A stretch of 64,000 bases of DNA, taken from NCBI RefSeq assembly GCF_036321535.1, contig NC_087436.1:75146001-75210000 (forward strand). The letters run 5' to 3'. Below the pieces are notes generated by a model. It saw nothing but the letters and a program-made list of their open reading frames with translations. It had not been told where the DNA came from and searched no databases. The position numbers and the translations under genes are program-made. The DNA comes from Camelus dromedarius (Eukaryota). Positions 11,492 through 24,430 of the stretch are shown here, in pieces; position 1 is the first letter of the stretch, and each line of letters begins with the position of its first letter.

Positions 11492-14400
11492 TGTATTGAC
11501 TAGGCATCTGTATCAGTCAGGGATGGTACAGTCTAAAAGAGCCTCCAAGGGCACACCTAGCAGCATGGACAGGATAAAGAAAGCTATCGTTGATAGTGAA
11601 TGGAGTATAGTCAGCATAGTATTCTTTCAAAACAAATTATTGATAATTACCAAATTATAGCAAGGAGAACAAAAATCTATTAGGAAAAAATGAGTAAAGA
11701 TAATGAAGCAGGTGGATTTATGGCAACATGAGAAGTGTGGAATAGTTTTGTAAAAATAAAGCTTCCTTGTAATCTACTACATTATTTGAAAGAGGCAACA
11801 TAAATAGCAAAAGAGGATTAGCCAGTGAATATAGTTTATTCAGGTTTTGCCATGAATTGTGATAATGCTCGCTTCCTATATCCTTATGAAGGACACTTAA
11901 TTCTCATGGAATAAGGGATATGATAAACAGTGTAGGTAACTTGACAAGATTTAGCAAATTAGACCAGGATTTCATATGAATTCAATTAATAGTAAGTTAA
12001 AATATAGGATACAGTGTGTCATATTTTATTTCTTAACCTGGAATCTTTTGTGTTATAAAAAAGTATGAGAAAAGAACCCTGCTAATCTTGGCCAAAGAAA
12101 ATTTAGGAAAATTAAACATTAAGTGAGATCTAGTAAGCTTCATAATCAGGCAGCATTATTTTAAAAATATAACCATACTCGCTTGTTCTACTCTCAGAGG
12201 GATTTCCACAAGCAGCTGGTGTTTTCCAGATTGAGGGTGAATTAGGTTTGCGTATTTCTCTGCCCTTAGGACCCCAGCAATACTTACTGGTTCTACACTT
12301 CACCCTAAAATGCTCCCAAGCTCTTGGATGGATGTATGGATTGTACCAAAGGAGCTTCTCATTGAGTGTTCCTAAATACATTTGCTACTGTCTGGCAACA
12401 GCTCTTTTTGGCCTCTCCTGCTGCTTCTGGTTGCTGTGGGTCTGTAAGAAAGGTGCCAAAGTCATCGAAGCTCTCTCTGTCCCCAGTGTGTCACAGGTTG
12501 CAGCATGCTGCATTGGAGAATTTCTCTGATGTCCTCTCTGTTACCTGGCTCCCATAAACAAAAAGTCCTGTGCTCACAGGTCTCCCAAAGGTCTCAGTGC
12601 AATGTCTTTTACATATTTTTTTTTTTTTTTTTTTGCCTCCCTGCGCAGGTTCTGACATTCATCCTTGGAAGGCAACAGGTAGAAGCAGGGCCCTGATGAA
12701 CGCCCCCAGAATTGCCTTCCCTTCACACTGCTCCTGTGCCCTCAAATGCTCTCACCTCCCTTAGGATGAACCACTCCTCATAGCCATGCGAAGACACACT
12801 GCAGGTCCTCTGTCTGTCCAACACGGGTCAAACCTCAGGGTGCACGACACTTAGGTTAAGTAGAGCCCTCCCATAATGCTGCGGCTACTTCCTGAATCCG
12901 TTCTGTGTGCTGTGTAAACGGTGAGCTGCGGTAACTCTGCAAAGGTCCCCACCCCCACTGTCAGCCGCGGAAGGGGTGGGCCTCTTCCTACAGTGGAGCC
13001 TTGAGAACCAGGGTGTCTTTCTCTTCCTAATCTTCTGTAGCTTTCCTTCTGGAAAGTGTTCAGGGGAGCAATGCCTTCTTGTATTTTCTTGAATAATTAC
13101 ATGTTGTATACAATTTATGATGGAAAGATAAACAAGTACCAGTACATATTTTAGAACCTAGATTATTACAGTTGAAAAGGCATTTTATTTAATAAATAAG
13201 AACTTTTCCATTCTTATTTCCATGCCCAGCCATTATATTTTCCTCTGATTTTTGGATTTTTTCCTATTTATTTTTCTAAATACAACCTATTTTTTCCTGG
13301 TGGATCAGAATGCTAATTACTCCCTCCCCTTGGGTCCCTGCATATCCCTTTGACCTGTTGTGTTGTGGGGTTTTATTGTTTGTTTGTTTTTGTTTTTTTC
13401 TTGGGTTAGAGCTCTGCCATCTGTCTCAGAGGAGTCAGAAAATTATCTATTACTTATCCATTAAAAATTAGCCCTAGACAATTACCCATCGTTTTTTTTT
13501 TTAACATAAATTAACAAGATGTCCCTGAAGCTGAGGAACTGCAATGGAGAATCATTTGGCACAAAAACGTTGTCATTCCTATTTTCAGATGTTAAAATGG
13601 AGGCACTGAATGGAGACACAGCTTGTTGGAGGTGGCCATGTCATTAAGACCTGAAATGAACTGCTGGTTTCTTGATTTTCAAAGGCCACTCCCCTCAGAG
13701 TCTCTTTTCTTCCCACTCCTCCTCCTCATTCCTCCATCATCACTACTATTCTACCTCTAACACTTGACAACCATGGGAAGCAGAAAAAGGCTAGCCCAGT
13801 AGTAACAATAGAAAAATTGTTAGATGGAATAAAATAATTTAGACCAAGATGAGATGCTACTGTACATGGGTGAATATTGGCGTATTTGGCTTCAATATTT
13901 TTCAGATAAAAATGACTAAGAAATAATTACTTAATCTTAATAATAAGGTTATTAACCCCTTATTAGTCCTTAAGGTCAGAGCTTGGGGAGGGAGTCAGCC
14001 TCAGTCTGACCTAATTTAAAAGAACGACAGGCCCTGAAAGGAGTACAACAACAAAATGTCAAGTTCACCTCTAAGACTCCAAAACAATACAGTCACACAG
14101 CACAGAAGGGAGGAAGAAAGTCACATCCTTTTAGTACTTGCAGCCACCTCTCGTGAGTTGTGCACACTCTTCTGTAAAAATAAAACGTCTTCCTGAGAAT
14201 TGCTTTGGTGATGTTGTTACTTTTCTCAGATGAGTAACATTTAAAAAAATGCATGGCCACATTTTAGATAAATATTTCAAACAAGTTTTACCTCTGCATG
14301 CATCAGAGATAAAAAAAAAAAAAGTTAGCTCTAATAAGTATTTTGTTGGTGCTTGTGATTTCCACCCTTGGCTTTGAAGATCAAAAAATAATGTATATGT

Positions 14401-14994
14401 GCTTACATGTTGTTTACTTTCTCCCCCACACTCTGATATTATCTGGCCGTTTCCTAATGTAAAACATTGGCATGAAAAATATTGAGTCATAGGTGTGTGT
14501 ATGTATGAAGCCCAGAGTCTCAGGGGAGCAGAGAAGCAGGAAGGGGTGTGATGGTCCCATGCACTGCCTCTGATGTGAGATTCTAACACTACTCGAGTCA
14601 CCTTAGGCAAGTCACTAACTTTTTGGAGCCTCAGTTTCTTCAGCTACAAAATGGGAATTAAGCAAAATACTATACGTAAAGTGCTTTACACAATGTCTAG
14701 CATGAAATATATGTGTGATTCATGAATGCCAGGGTTACGAACATAGACTCTGGAGGCAGGTATCCTGGATTCAAATCCCAACTCAACTACGTACTAATTG
14801 GTCGAGTTACTCAAATTCTCAGTGCCTCTGATCCTTCATCTGTAACCAGAAATTTAAGCAGAGAATTATAGAGAGGGTGTATACTATCTAACTTTTCAAA
14901 CTCTGAGATTCCATGATTAAGGCTTTGCTGCTAACATTGGCAGAGAGCTGCCGATTCACACATCTTGGCTAGAATGTCTGGAGTCCCACGATTT

Positions 14995-15620
14995 TAACTG
15001 GGTTTTTGATTGTTTGTAACAAAAAAAAAAGGAAAGAAAGAAAAAGGAAGAGAAAATTACATTCACTGGTGCTAGCTCAAGAAAACAGGGGTTATTGTAG
15101 GGACATGGATGGTAGATAAGGCTCTCACAGGAGCACAGGGAGAGGGACCTTGTCGGCAGCCTTGACGGAAACTGTAACAGGAACTGAGGCAGCATTTGCT
15201 GTCTTCCTCTCGGAGGTGGGTAGATCTCTTTGTTCTTCATGTTTCTGCTTTTCTCGGCATCCTCATTCCATTCTATTCTTGAAACCGGCCGGCTTCATAT
15301 GACTCTACTCAAGCATCATTTCTGATTGCTAATAATCCCAGCTTGCCTTTCAAGGCTTCTCCAGCCTTGAATCTACACCATGACCTTATAGCTTGAGTTC
15401 TCCCACCTAAACGTTTCAGTCTTTGATTTTCCCAGTTCCAGTTTTGTGAGAAGGACGATTGACCCAACTTTTCTTTTCAAGCCAGATCACTGGCTATAGT
15501 ATGAATGGACTTGGGTCAGATGGCTTCCAGTGATCCAAAGAGCTGGGGTTTGGGGGACTTTTATTCATGTGAGAGAGGGAAGTTTCCACCAGCAGCAGAT
15601 GTGGGTGGAGTAGGAAGTTA
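14995..15620. mobile_element. Ancient ERVL/MaLR-type LTR (LTR33/MLT1-like), degraded
   Basis: GGGTTTTTGATTGTTTGTAACA...GCTAGCTCAAGAAAACAGGGGTTATTG...TTGGGTCAGATG motif order; family not resolved. Confidence 0.45.
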
Positions 15621-15789
15621 GTGATATTTCTAGTATCTCCACTGAAAGATGGAGGTCATGGAGTTTATACTCAGAAATTTAAGAATCCACTTGAATTTAT
15701 TCTCTGTATTAGAAGAGACAGGCTACTCAGAAGTTTCTTGTTTGGGGCTAATAATGGAAATAAGAATTTTGCTCCAGGATATATTCTAG

Positions 15790-15962
15790 GACCTTGCTAC
15801 ATGAAGCGTGGTCCCTGGACCAGCAGCCTCAACATCACTTAGAAGCCTGTTAGAAATCAGAACCTCGGGCTCCATCCACACCTATTAAATTAGAAACTAC
15901 ATTTTAATAATATTTCCACATGATTTATATTCACATTAAAGTTTGAGAAGTGTGGTTCTAGG
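15790..15962. mobile_element. MER5-like hAT-Charlie element
   Basis: GTGGTCCCTGGACCAGCAGCCTCAACATCAC...TTAGAAAT...CACATTAAAGTTTGAGAAG. Confidence 0.8.
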
Positions 15963-16020
15963 ATGAATTGGTTTTGTGTAGACCTTCTAAAAGCTACCAA
16001 GGCCTTTTACTAAGAAACTT

Positions 16021-16202
16021 CCAGTACTGTGCTATAGCCATGTGTTACGTTGTCAGAATTTTGTGAGCTGGCTGATTTTATGTTTGGTAGCTTGAAATCA
16101 GCTATTCTGGGAATATTTACATCACAGATATTGGCAAATACTGTATATTTATGTCTTTTGTACTGGAGAGACGTTGTTAAACATTTACCAGCAGTCCACT
16201 GG
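16021..16202. mobile_element. MER63-like hAT element
   Basis: Ends CCAGT...CCACTGG; internal TTGGTAGCTTGAAATC and GTTGTTAAACATTTACCAGC. Confidence 0.6.
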
Positions 16203-16690
16203 ACAGTTCTAAATCTCCTAATTCAATCTAGAATTAAAACAGTCCTCTCAGGGTTGTTGGACAGAGAAGTGCCCAAATATGGAGGCACAAGACAAAATGA
16301 GTTCCAGTTCCTCACCAAACTTTCAACCTTCTTAGAAATCATTGTTCTAGATAGTTATTTATTTATTAAAAATAATCTGAGTATGAAGTACAAGGAGGGA
16401 AGGGAATCTAGAAGTTAGTAAGACTGAAAATCCAGATAGGCAGACCTGCAGACATTGGGAATTCTCCAAGCTGGACACTTTGGGAGCTGCAAGCCAGATG
16501 TGGAATAGCAGCTTCTGTGTAGAGGAGAAGATAAGAGTGGGTAGATTCTGGTCCTGGAGACATACTACATGGGGAAATTCATGCTTCTGTTGTCTGTATT
16601 ATATCAAGTATAAAATTAGTAAATAAAACAACTCCTCCCCAAATTAATGGTAGGTACGGATGGGAATGTTTCATGGTATGTATACATAAG

Positions 16691-16865
16691 GAGTGGTTTT
16701 TAAAGTGTGGTCTCTGGACTAGGACATCAACATCACCAAGAACCTATTATAAATGCAAATTAATGGCCCATATGCAGGCCTACTGGATCAGAAACTCGGG
16801 GGAGGGGGAGAGCACAGCAATCTAGTTTCAACAAGCCATCTGGGTGATTCTGATGCACACCACTG
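16691..16865. mobile_element. MER5A-like hAT-Charlie element
   Basis: AGTGGTTTTTAAAGTGTGGTCTCTGGAC...AAATGCAAATT...GGTGATTCTGATGCACAC. Confidence 0.8.
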
Positions 16866-17354
16866 AAGTAGGAAATGTCATCGAGTTCCTGATTTTTGTC
16901 CAATCAGAGAATCTGTTTTCAACTAGAACCCTAAATGGGAAGTGACTCTTCTTGCAAAGGAGTTTCTAGCTCAAGTGGAAGATAGTTGAGGAAGGCAGAG
17001 AACACAGATGAAGAAAACTGCAGGGCTAGACAAAGACTGAAAAACTTTTCCCAGGGAAGTTAGCCAAGCAGCCAGACAGCTGGCATGTTGCCAAGACTCC
17101 TGGAGACTATAAACCTTCCTAGAAATCAACTGGGAAAAGTTTCTTTAAAGTGAACTTTGAGTAAGTACATAAACACAGCCTAAAGATTTTCTGCAAATAC
17201 TACTAAAAGTTCTCATACAAAGAAAGTGACACCATAGTGACATGTAGGAGCAAGAACAGCATGTTTCATATTAAGAATATGATATTGGAAGAAAGGGCAT
17301 TCAAATAGCTTATTCATTTTGCCTCTCTGGTTAAGAGCTCTCCCTGGTTCCTTA

Positions 17355-17580
17355 GTAATAACAACACTGAACATTTGATGAGTGTTTACTCTGTGCTAGG
17401 TATGGTAGTACTTCAGTAAATTATCTCAGTATTAGCCCCATATCACAAATGAAGAAACTGAGCCCAGAGAGGTACAGCATCTTGCCCCAGGACACACAGC
17501 TAGCAAGTGATGATACTGGGATTCAAACCCAGGAAGTTTTGCTCCAGAGCACCACTGCTTAACCAAAATGCCCTATTGCC
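17355..17580 (-). mobile_element. MIR SINE
   Basis: ATGAAGAAACTGAGCCCAGAGAGG...CTTGCCCCAGGACACACAGCTAG...GGATTCAAACCCAGG. Confidence 0.8.
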
Positions 17581-18424
17581 TCTCTTCAATGAGAACCTCA
17601 TTATGTATTAAATAGTTAGAGGCTTGGAGTTCCCAGTTAAGAGTGTGGATTTTTCTAGTTTTTACAAGTCTTAGGCTAAATAACCTCCTTGTATATTATT
17701 ATATATAGATAACTAGACTCTGGACCTCACTTGACTAATGCTATCAAGTTCTGGTGCCCAAAGTGGGCAATCAGGTAAGCTGCACAGCTATAAGACAGGC
17801 ATTCCTTTAATAAGGCTATGACTACAAGCTTACTACATGTCACTCTGAGTCCCAATATAGGGTGTTTAAATTCTTGTTATAATAGGAGATGCAAAGAAGC
17901 ACACAGATGGGGGCCAACTGATCCCAGCTATGGAAAGGTAGGGACATAGAGTCTAAGGACCAGCAGCTCTACTCTGGCTGTTTTTGTCTGAGGAATTAGG
18001 CAAACTTACTCTAATTTTAGCGTTTAGCCTTATATGAAATTCATTTTTAAGCATGATGAGAGCAAAGGTTGTGTTGGTTTTATTCCCATATCTATGCATA
18101 GCCATGCACACCGCTTGGCAAGGGGCAGGCACTGATATATTTGTGAAAGGGAGAGAGAAGGGGAAAGGTAGATTCAATCGCTTTGAATTTTTTTGTTATA
18201 ACAGCCATATATGGGTGTGGAACTTCTGAAGTAACTGCTTAGGTGTCGACAAGGCATGACAATGAATTAGAAAAATTATTCTTCATGGAAATAAGTATAA
18301 TATACAAATACAAAATAAAGCGTTTGTTAAAGTCCTACTGTGATCCAGTCCCATGGGCAGCTTGATGGAAGCAAGTTTGCAGGCTTGCTATTCTAATTGA
18401 GTCAATAATTCATGCTTGCATATG

Positions 18425-19060
18425 ATATTTATTTATTCAACATTTATTGAGAACCTCCTATGTGCCAGGTGGGTAGTATATGCTGAGGTTACAAAAATAA
18501 GTTAAGACAGGATTTCTGCCCACAAGAGCTCAGATGATTAGTGGGGAAAACACACTGTGGTGATGGTCACACAACTCTGTGAATATATTAAAAACCACTG
18601 AATTGTACCCATTAGATTAGTGAGTTGTATGGTATGTGAATTATACCTCAAAAAAAAAAAAAACAACAACTGTTCAAAACAAACACACAAAAACAGTTAT
18701 AAGCTTTGGGTACTATACAAAACCAGAATGAGGTGGCCAAAACTCAGCCTGGGAAGGGAGGAGGGAGGCTTCATCAGTGAATAAAGCCTGACCTGAAATC
18801 TTTTTTAAAAAGTTACCTAGGAGATGTGATACAAGACGTTCCAAACACTGGGGACAGAATGAACAAAGTCATGGAGGTGAGAAGCCATGTATGTGTGTGG
18901 GGGCGAGAGGGGGTGGGATGTTGGCAGGAGGTTGAGGCTGGGGAGGCAGGCAGAGGCCAGAAGCGAGCTCCAGAGGTAGTCACGGGAGGGTTTTATTTAA
19001 ACTGGGAAGTGATATAATTCGCGATCAGATTTTTTTTAGATAAACCACACCAACTGCTGT
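18425..19060 (-). mobile_element. L2 3' fragment interrupted by a short + strand L1 3' end (~18555-18665)
   Basis: ATTCAACATTTATTGAGAACCTCCTATGTGCCAGG is an L2 terminus; nested CACACAACTCTGTGAATATATTAAAAACCACTGAATTG...TACCTC plus poly(A). Confidence 0.7.
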
Positions 19061-19499
19061 GACGTAATGGAAAGGATACTGATTCCTTTTTTTTTTTTTT
19101 TTTTTAGTCAGAATAACTTGTGCGTAGGTCTTAGATCTACCATTTTAAAACTAGTCGTATTATATAAATTTGTCAAGTTTTATTATTCAATTGATCCTAA
19201 TGGCACAATTTGTCAGCAGGAGAAAATGTAAACCTGATTAATGTTAGATTAATTTAAAATCACGCTGATCTTAAGATGACTTAAAAAGGAAGTTTGTTGT
19301 TGAGTGGGACACCCACCTTGGGCGGTAGTGGAAAGCCGGGCTATTTTAAAAAAATCTTTACAAGGCTGGAAACGTGGCGGTGGAATCTGGTGAGATTCTT
19401 CAGATTTTCAGTTTTTCATGCTTTCTGGGTACTCTCAAAATCTATTAAAATGATCGTTCTGAGCATATGTGCAGAATCAAAAAGGAAAAAATAAAAGGG

Positions 19500-20250
19500 A
19501 ATGAAATAGTTGGAGCATCGCCAACAGATCGTGTGCATTTTTCAGGGAGGGCAGATTCCCCTTTAGACGGTTAAGCTGTCGTACCGGAACCACGGAACAC
19601 GAGATCCTCGGCAGCACGGAGGACTGCCGGGAGCACCGCCACGGGGCACCCGCGCTGCGCGCCCTCCCCCACCGGCTTTAAAGCCTACTTTGATTCCAGC
19701 CCCTTTCCTCTTGCTCCTCGGAATCCCTTCCCCCTCCGCCACTTCCGGATGGGAACCCTTTTAAACATTCTTTCAAGTTGAAGCGTGGGACCAATTTCGT
19801 CAACACATTCCGGAGTGAACAACATGGCGGCGGCCGCAAGATGCCTCGGTAGAGGTAAAGCGGAGGGTAGTCCGGGCTTGCGGGGAAAATAACTCTGGTG
19901 TGGGGTCTTCTGTGATAGCAGAGTGCAAGCCGGACTCTCCTAGGTGCGGCTCTGCACTGGTGGCTCCATAAGCCTCTACTCTTTCTGGGCTCTAGATTTT
20001 CCAGAGGGTCGTTACTACTTAAAAGAGACCTTGTCAGAGGTTTCACTCCTTTCTGTAGTTGTCCACCCTAGGAGTGGAGTGGGAGGGGGATGTACTTTGT
20101 CACCCCTCCAGCCACCCGCAGAGGTGGAGGCAAAGACATGGTTGTATCTCCGATACTGTGGGTGTGAACTGCGGGGAAAGGCGTTTGACACGTGAAGTGA
20201 GTTCCGGAATAGAAAAGGTGTTACATTTGAGTGGCTCATATCCGTAAACT
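19500..20250. promoter_or_regulatory. CpG-island promoter of MRPL1
   Basis: Strongest non-repeat CpG cluster in the window and it surrounds exon 1. Motifs: GC box CCCCTCCGCC 19731-19740, ETS/GABP ACTTCCGG 19741-19748, CCAAT 19791-19795, YY1-like AACATGGCGGC overlapping the ATG, E-box CACGTG 20189-20194. No TATA box seen. GABP/YY1 architecture is typical of nuclear-encoded mitochondrial housekeeping genes. Confidence 0.85.
19824..19854 (+). CDS. MRPL1: MRPL1 coding exon 1 (start of mitochondrial targeting peptide)
   Basis: AACATGGCG Kozak context inside the CpG island; encodes MAAAARCLGR plus 1 nt; donor AG|GTAAAG. Confidence 0.93.
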
Positions 20251-20944
20251 TTTACAGTTTACAGAATGCTTGGTTCTTTCTCAGCACATCGTTGCAGGCT
20301 CTTCCAATTCTTAAACTCCCAGGCGTTGTCTAATTTGGGTCAGCATTCATCATTTGGAGGCCAATTTTGTAGTACTTCTTGGTAGCAACCCTTTAGAGCA
20401 TTTACAAGGTCCAGTTTGTTGGCTAGGATGACCACACTTTTTGGGTACAGTACTTAACAGATTTTTGTTTTGTGTTTTTGAAACACAGTGATATATATTG
20501 TTATTAATTATGGTGGATCTTTAGGTGGAGGCAGCAGCCGAGATCACCCCCGTTTTACAGAGGAAGAAACTCATTCTGTTGAGTATGTGGCCAAGTTCAT
20601 AAAACTAGTGAGTGGCAGTGGAAGACTGAAACTTTACTCCTAGGTCAGTGATTGATTGATTAATTTAACAGAATCGTAGTTTTCGCTGAGCTTCTCACAG
20701 AAAAGCTTAGTGTAAAGACCAGCATTCTCTATTTGGGATAGTTGTTGCTTAAAAAATAGGGGTGGCAAGAGATCACAACAGACCTTGACAACTATTAGCT
20801 CACTGCAGCTACCTTCCAAGCTACAGTCTACTCTCAACAAATATTTAGATTGGTCCTTTAAGAACTTAAATCATGCCACGCCTATGCTCAAAACTCTGCA
20901 AAGTCTCCCTATTTTTCTAAACCAAAGTCCTTAGAATGGACTAC

Positions 20945-21240
20945 AGCTGTGCTGTCCATTTTGTTATCCACAACTGAGCACTTCAATTGTGGCTAATTCA
21001 AAATGAGTATGTCAAATTCACATTAGATTTGAAAGGCTTAGTACCAAAAAAAGTGAAATACTTCAATTTTTTTCATATTGATAATGTGTTGGAATGATAG
21101 TATTTTGGGGTATTAGCTGTAATAAAATATGTTAAGTTTTATTATTAATTTCATTTTAGTCTTTTTTTCCCTACCTTTTTTGATTGTGGCTATTAGAAAA
21201 TTTAAACTTATATATGTGGCCTTATTATCATATTGGCCTA
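20945..21240. mobile_element. MER33-like hAT-Charlie element nested in an L2 (~20860-21735, + strand)
   Basis: CTGTGCTGTCCA...GAGCACTTCAATTGTGGCT...TGTGGCTATTAGAAAATTTAAA; the flanking L2 ends in AATGAATGAAT. Confidence 0.7.
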
Positions 21241-21829
21241 GGGTCTTCCACATCATTAGGTACCTGTCTTCTCTCACCTCCACTCATCCAGCATACCACT
21301 CCGACCTCTCCAGCTACCCTTTCACTGTGCTCTAGCCACACTGGCTTCCTAGTTCCTTAACCACACAAAGAACATTCCTTCATGGGAAGGGCTTTTTCTC
21401 CCAAGTGAAGTGGGCCTGGAACACTTTTTTTAAAGATATTTGCATGACTGACTTTCTTATTTCTTTCAAGCTTTTGCTCAAGTGTCACCTTTTTAAGGAG
21501 GCCTACCTTCACCTTTTTATTTAAAGTTGCAATCCACTTTCCCCCTTGATTCTCAATTCTTTTTACCCAGTGGGGTTCCCCTTACCAATACCATTTTATA
21601 TTTATTAGTATTGTCTCCCCCCTACTAGGATGTAAGCTCCAAAAGGAGGAGTTTGTTTTGTTCACTAAGTGCTCAAAGCAGTGCTAGTGCATGTTTCCTC
21701 GGCATATTCATTGTTGAGCAAATGAATGAATAAATAATGCGGATCTTCAACAAAATGCCACCCTTCTTCCATATGTTGAAATGAATAATATTTAAAGTAA
21801 TTTGAATCCAATTTTTGCTCATTTGTTCA

Positions 21830-22800
21830 GATTTCCTTCCTTCACTCAACGGATGTTTATCGTGTCTTCATTTGTCAAACACTGTTATGTGTTAGGGACA
21901 GAATGGTGAACAAGCTATATACATTCCCTGGCCATAGTGCTTATCATCTATTGAAGAGTAGACGTTAATTTGATAATTATTTCTTTAATACAATTTTCCT
22001 GCGTGGTTGTGAAGGAAAAGTACAAGGTGTTGTAAGAGTGTATATGAGAGGCCTTAATCTGTTGTGAGTCTTCAGGGAAGACTTTTCTGAAGAAGTAGCT
22101 TAAACAGAGTCCCTGAAAGATCACTGGATTTTAATGAATTAGCTATGGGAAGAGGGGCGCGGAAAGTGGTAGGGGAGAATCTCACAAATGGAGGGAAGAT
22201 TATATTTGAAAGTCTGAAGGTTGTAAAAAACACGATGTGTTCAAGTAACTGAAAAGGAGGCCAGTGTATTTGAAGTGTGGCAAGCATGAGAGAGAGTGGT
22301 GTTAGGTGAAGCTGACTAAATAGGTTAGAAATAGCTCATGGAGGATCTTGTTAAGAATTTACTTTATTCGGAGGACAAAGTGAGACCATCCAAATGTTTT
22401 AAGAACATGATGAGATTTTTGTTTTTAAATCTTCCCTTTTATTAGTAGGTGGAAAAGAAATGGAGAGGGCCAAGAGTAAAAGAATAGTTTGGAGTTTGTT
22501 GCAGTAAGCCAGGTAGATGGTGGATTATGGTGCCTATAGTGGGGAGGCAAAGACTACATGCGTAAGATCTCCTGGGGGAGAGGGAGGATTATAGAGTTAG
22601 GTTGAGAAGTCCTGGGGAATCCTAACATTTCACTATCAAGTTTAAGAGAATCAGCTTGCAAAGGAGGTGGAGTAATATCTATCTCATTGCCCTGGGGTAG
22701 GGGTGGGGTTGCCTTTTGAGAATGAGTGCAGATTCAAATAGGTTTTTAAATTGTTGAGGAAATTCTGAGGGCTTCTCTTTTCTCTGAAGTAGCAAGTGAG
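21830..22800 (-). mobile_element. L2 fragment
   Basis: TTCACTCAACGGATGTTTAT...CAGGGAAGACTTTTCTGAAGAAG...GGAGGCCAGTGT, the purine-rich antisense L2 pattern. Confidence 0.65.
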
Positions 22801-23949
22801 GTTATCTGCTAAGTAAGAGAAGAAATATGTTAAAGAAATACCATGAAATACTACAGATAGACAAATTGACTACAGAGGGATTGAAAATATAGATCTCATG
22901 GTCTAACAGTGCTATTTAAGTAGTGGTATTTTTGTAATTTGTTTTTCCTTAGTCTGGAACAGTTTTGATTTCTGTTGAGAATGTTAATTTCTGGTAGTCA
23001 TGACTGGGGAATCTAAAAGTAGTGGTTAATTATTTATAGCAGGTTGCAATTGATGTATTCAAGAGAATTATTATTTTGAAGATCTTGCCAAGGTTATTGG
23101 GTTCTTGTTCAGTGCAATTAGAATTATTTTTTGGAAATGTTTGCCAAATCTTGAATGGATAATTGCTCTTTCATTTGTCACATGTGATTTTTCGAGGTAA
23201 CTGACTCCTTTAAAAATGTGGAGGATCTCCTCTTAGACTGTTGCATACCAGCAGAGCCCACTAAATTTGAGATTTTGGAGGGCAGGAACTGGATCTCAAT
23301 AGTCTATTTCCCTTTTTCTTTCTAGCCATTAAAGCCCTTTGTTGCTTTTGTGCCACAGGGAATTCCCAGTAATAAACAGATCTCCTATACTGCCCCCAAA
23401 TGTCGTACCCATATGTTCATAGAATTCACAGTTTTGGTGGTTTTCTTGTACTTCAACTTTGTTTTAGAAGATTAGGAATGAAACAGAGTTGTTAGGCATT
23501 TGGCTTTGATGACATTTGAGCTGATGATAAGGAGTAGGCCATGGGAAAATGTGGAGATGGTGGATCCTAGTCAAATGTAACATTAAATGTAAAGGCCCTG
23601 AGACAGGAATTGAGGGATTTGAAGGATTCAAAGATCTGAGAAAAGGGTTTTAGTGAGCAAGTAGGTGAGTGGTATTGAGTGATAAGCAGGGATGTCTCAC
23701 ATAGGGCCTTATAGACCACAGTGAAGACTTGGTAGCTGTTCTGTGTGCCCAGTGCTCTGTGCTTGGAAACTTAACTTATGAAAATAATTCATTTGATGTG
23801 TAGACAAGTCTTATAATTTACAAGCTATTGGTTTTATGGTTTTATGGTTTTATGTAATGAATAGATTTTAAGATACTGGACTTTAAGGGTCATTTTACAT
23901 GAAAACCTAGTTGTTGAGAACTCATTTAAAAAATTGAGGTTAAGCCAAT

Positions 23950-24430
23950 TCAATAGAAAAGAAAACATTAGATGATCAAACATATGAAAACATACTCAGC
24001 CTAACCCATAAGAAAAATGCAAATTAAAACAGCTCTGCATACCACCTTTTGTCTACTAGATTAACAGAGACCAAAATATTTGGTAACATACTACGTTGGC
24101 ATGAGTGTATGGAAACAGGCAACCTTTTCATTGCTCGTGGAAATGTATATGGAACTGTTATTTTAGAAAGCAGTATTTATCAACATTACAAGTGTTCATA
24201 TTCTTTGACCCAGCAAATTCCCTTCTTGAAATTAATCCTACAAATATACTTGTATATGTGCAAAATGATGTTTGTACAGGGTCATTCACTGCAGCACTGT
24301 TGATAATAGTAAAATATTATAAATGACCTAATGGTCAACCACTGATTAAATTATGATACAAGTACACAGTGAGGTACTTTGCAGCTCTAGAAAGATAAAG
24401 TCTTTATGAACTGATATGAAATTATTGCTA
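23950..24430 (+). mobile_element. Old L1 (L1ME-like) ORF2 end/3'UTR
   Basis: AAAATGCAAATTAAAAC...TTTGACCCAGCAAATTCC...TTCACTGCAGCACTGTTG. Confidence 0.75.

Noticed and set aside
14131..14610. 159-aa minus-strand ORF
   Set aside because: Starts inside a MIR at a non-ATG codon, crosses a homopolymer run, and shows no homology or exon structure.
19631..19665. NRF1 site in the MRPL1 promoter (GCGCTGCGC)
   Set aside because: The half-sites are spaced by 1 nt instead of the 2 nt of GCGCATGCGC, too imperfect to call.
19678..20046. 122-aa antisense ORF over the MRPL1 promoter
   Set aside because: Non-ATG start, no recognisable domain, and open frames are expected in GC-rich CpG islands.
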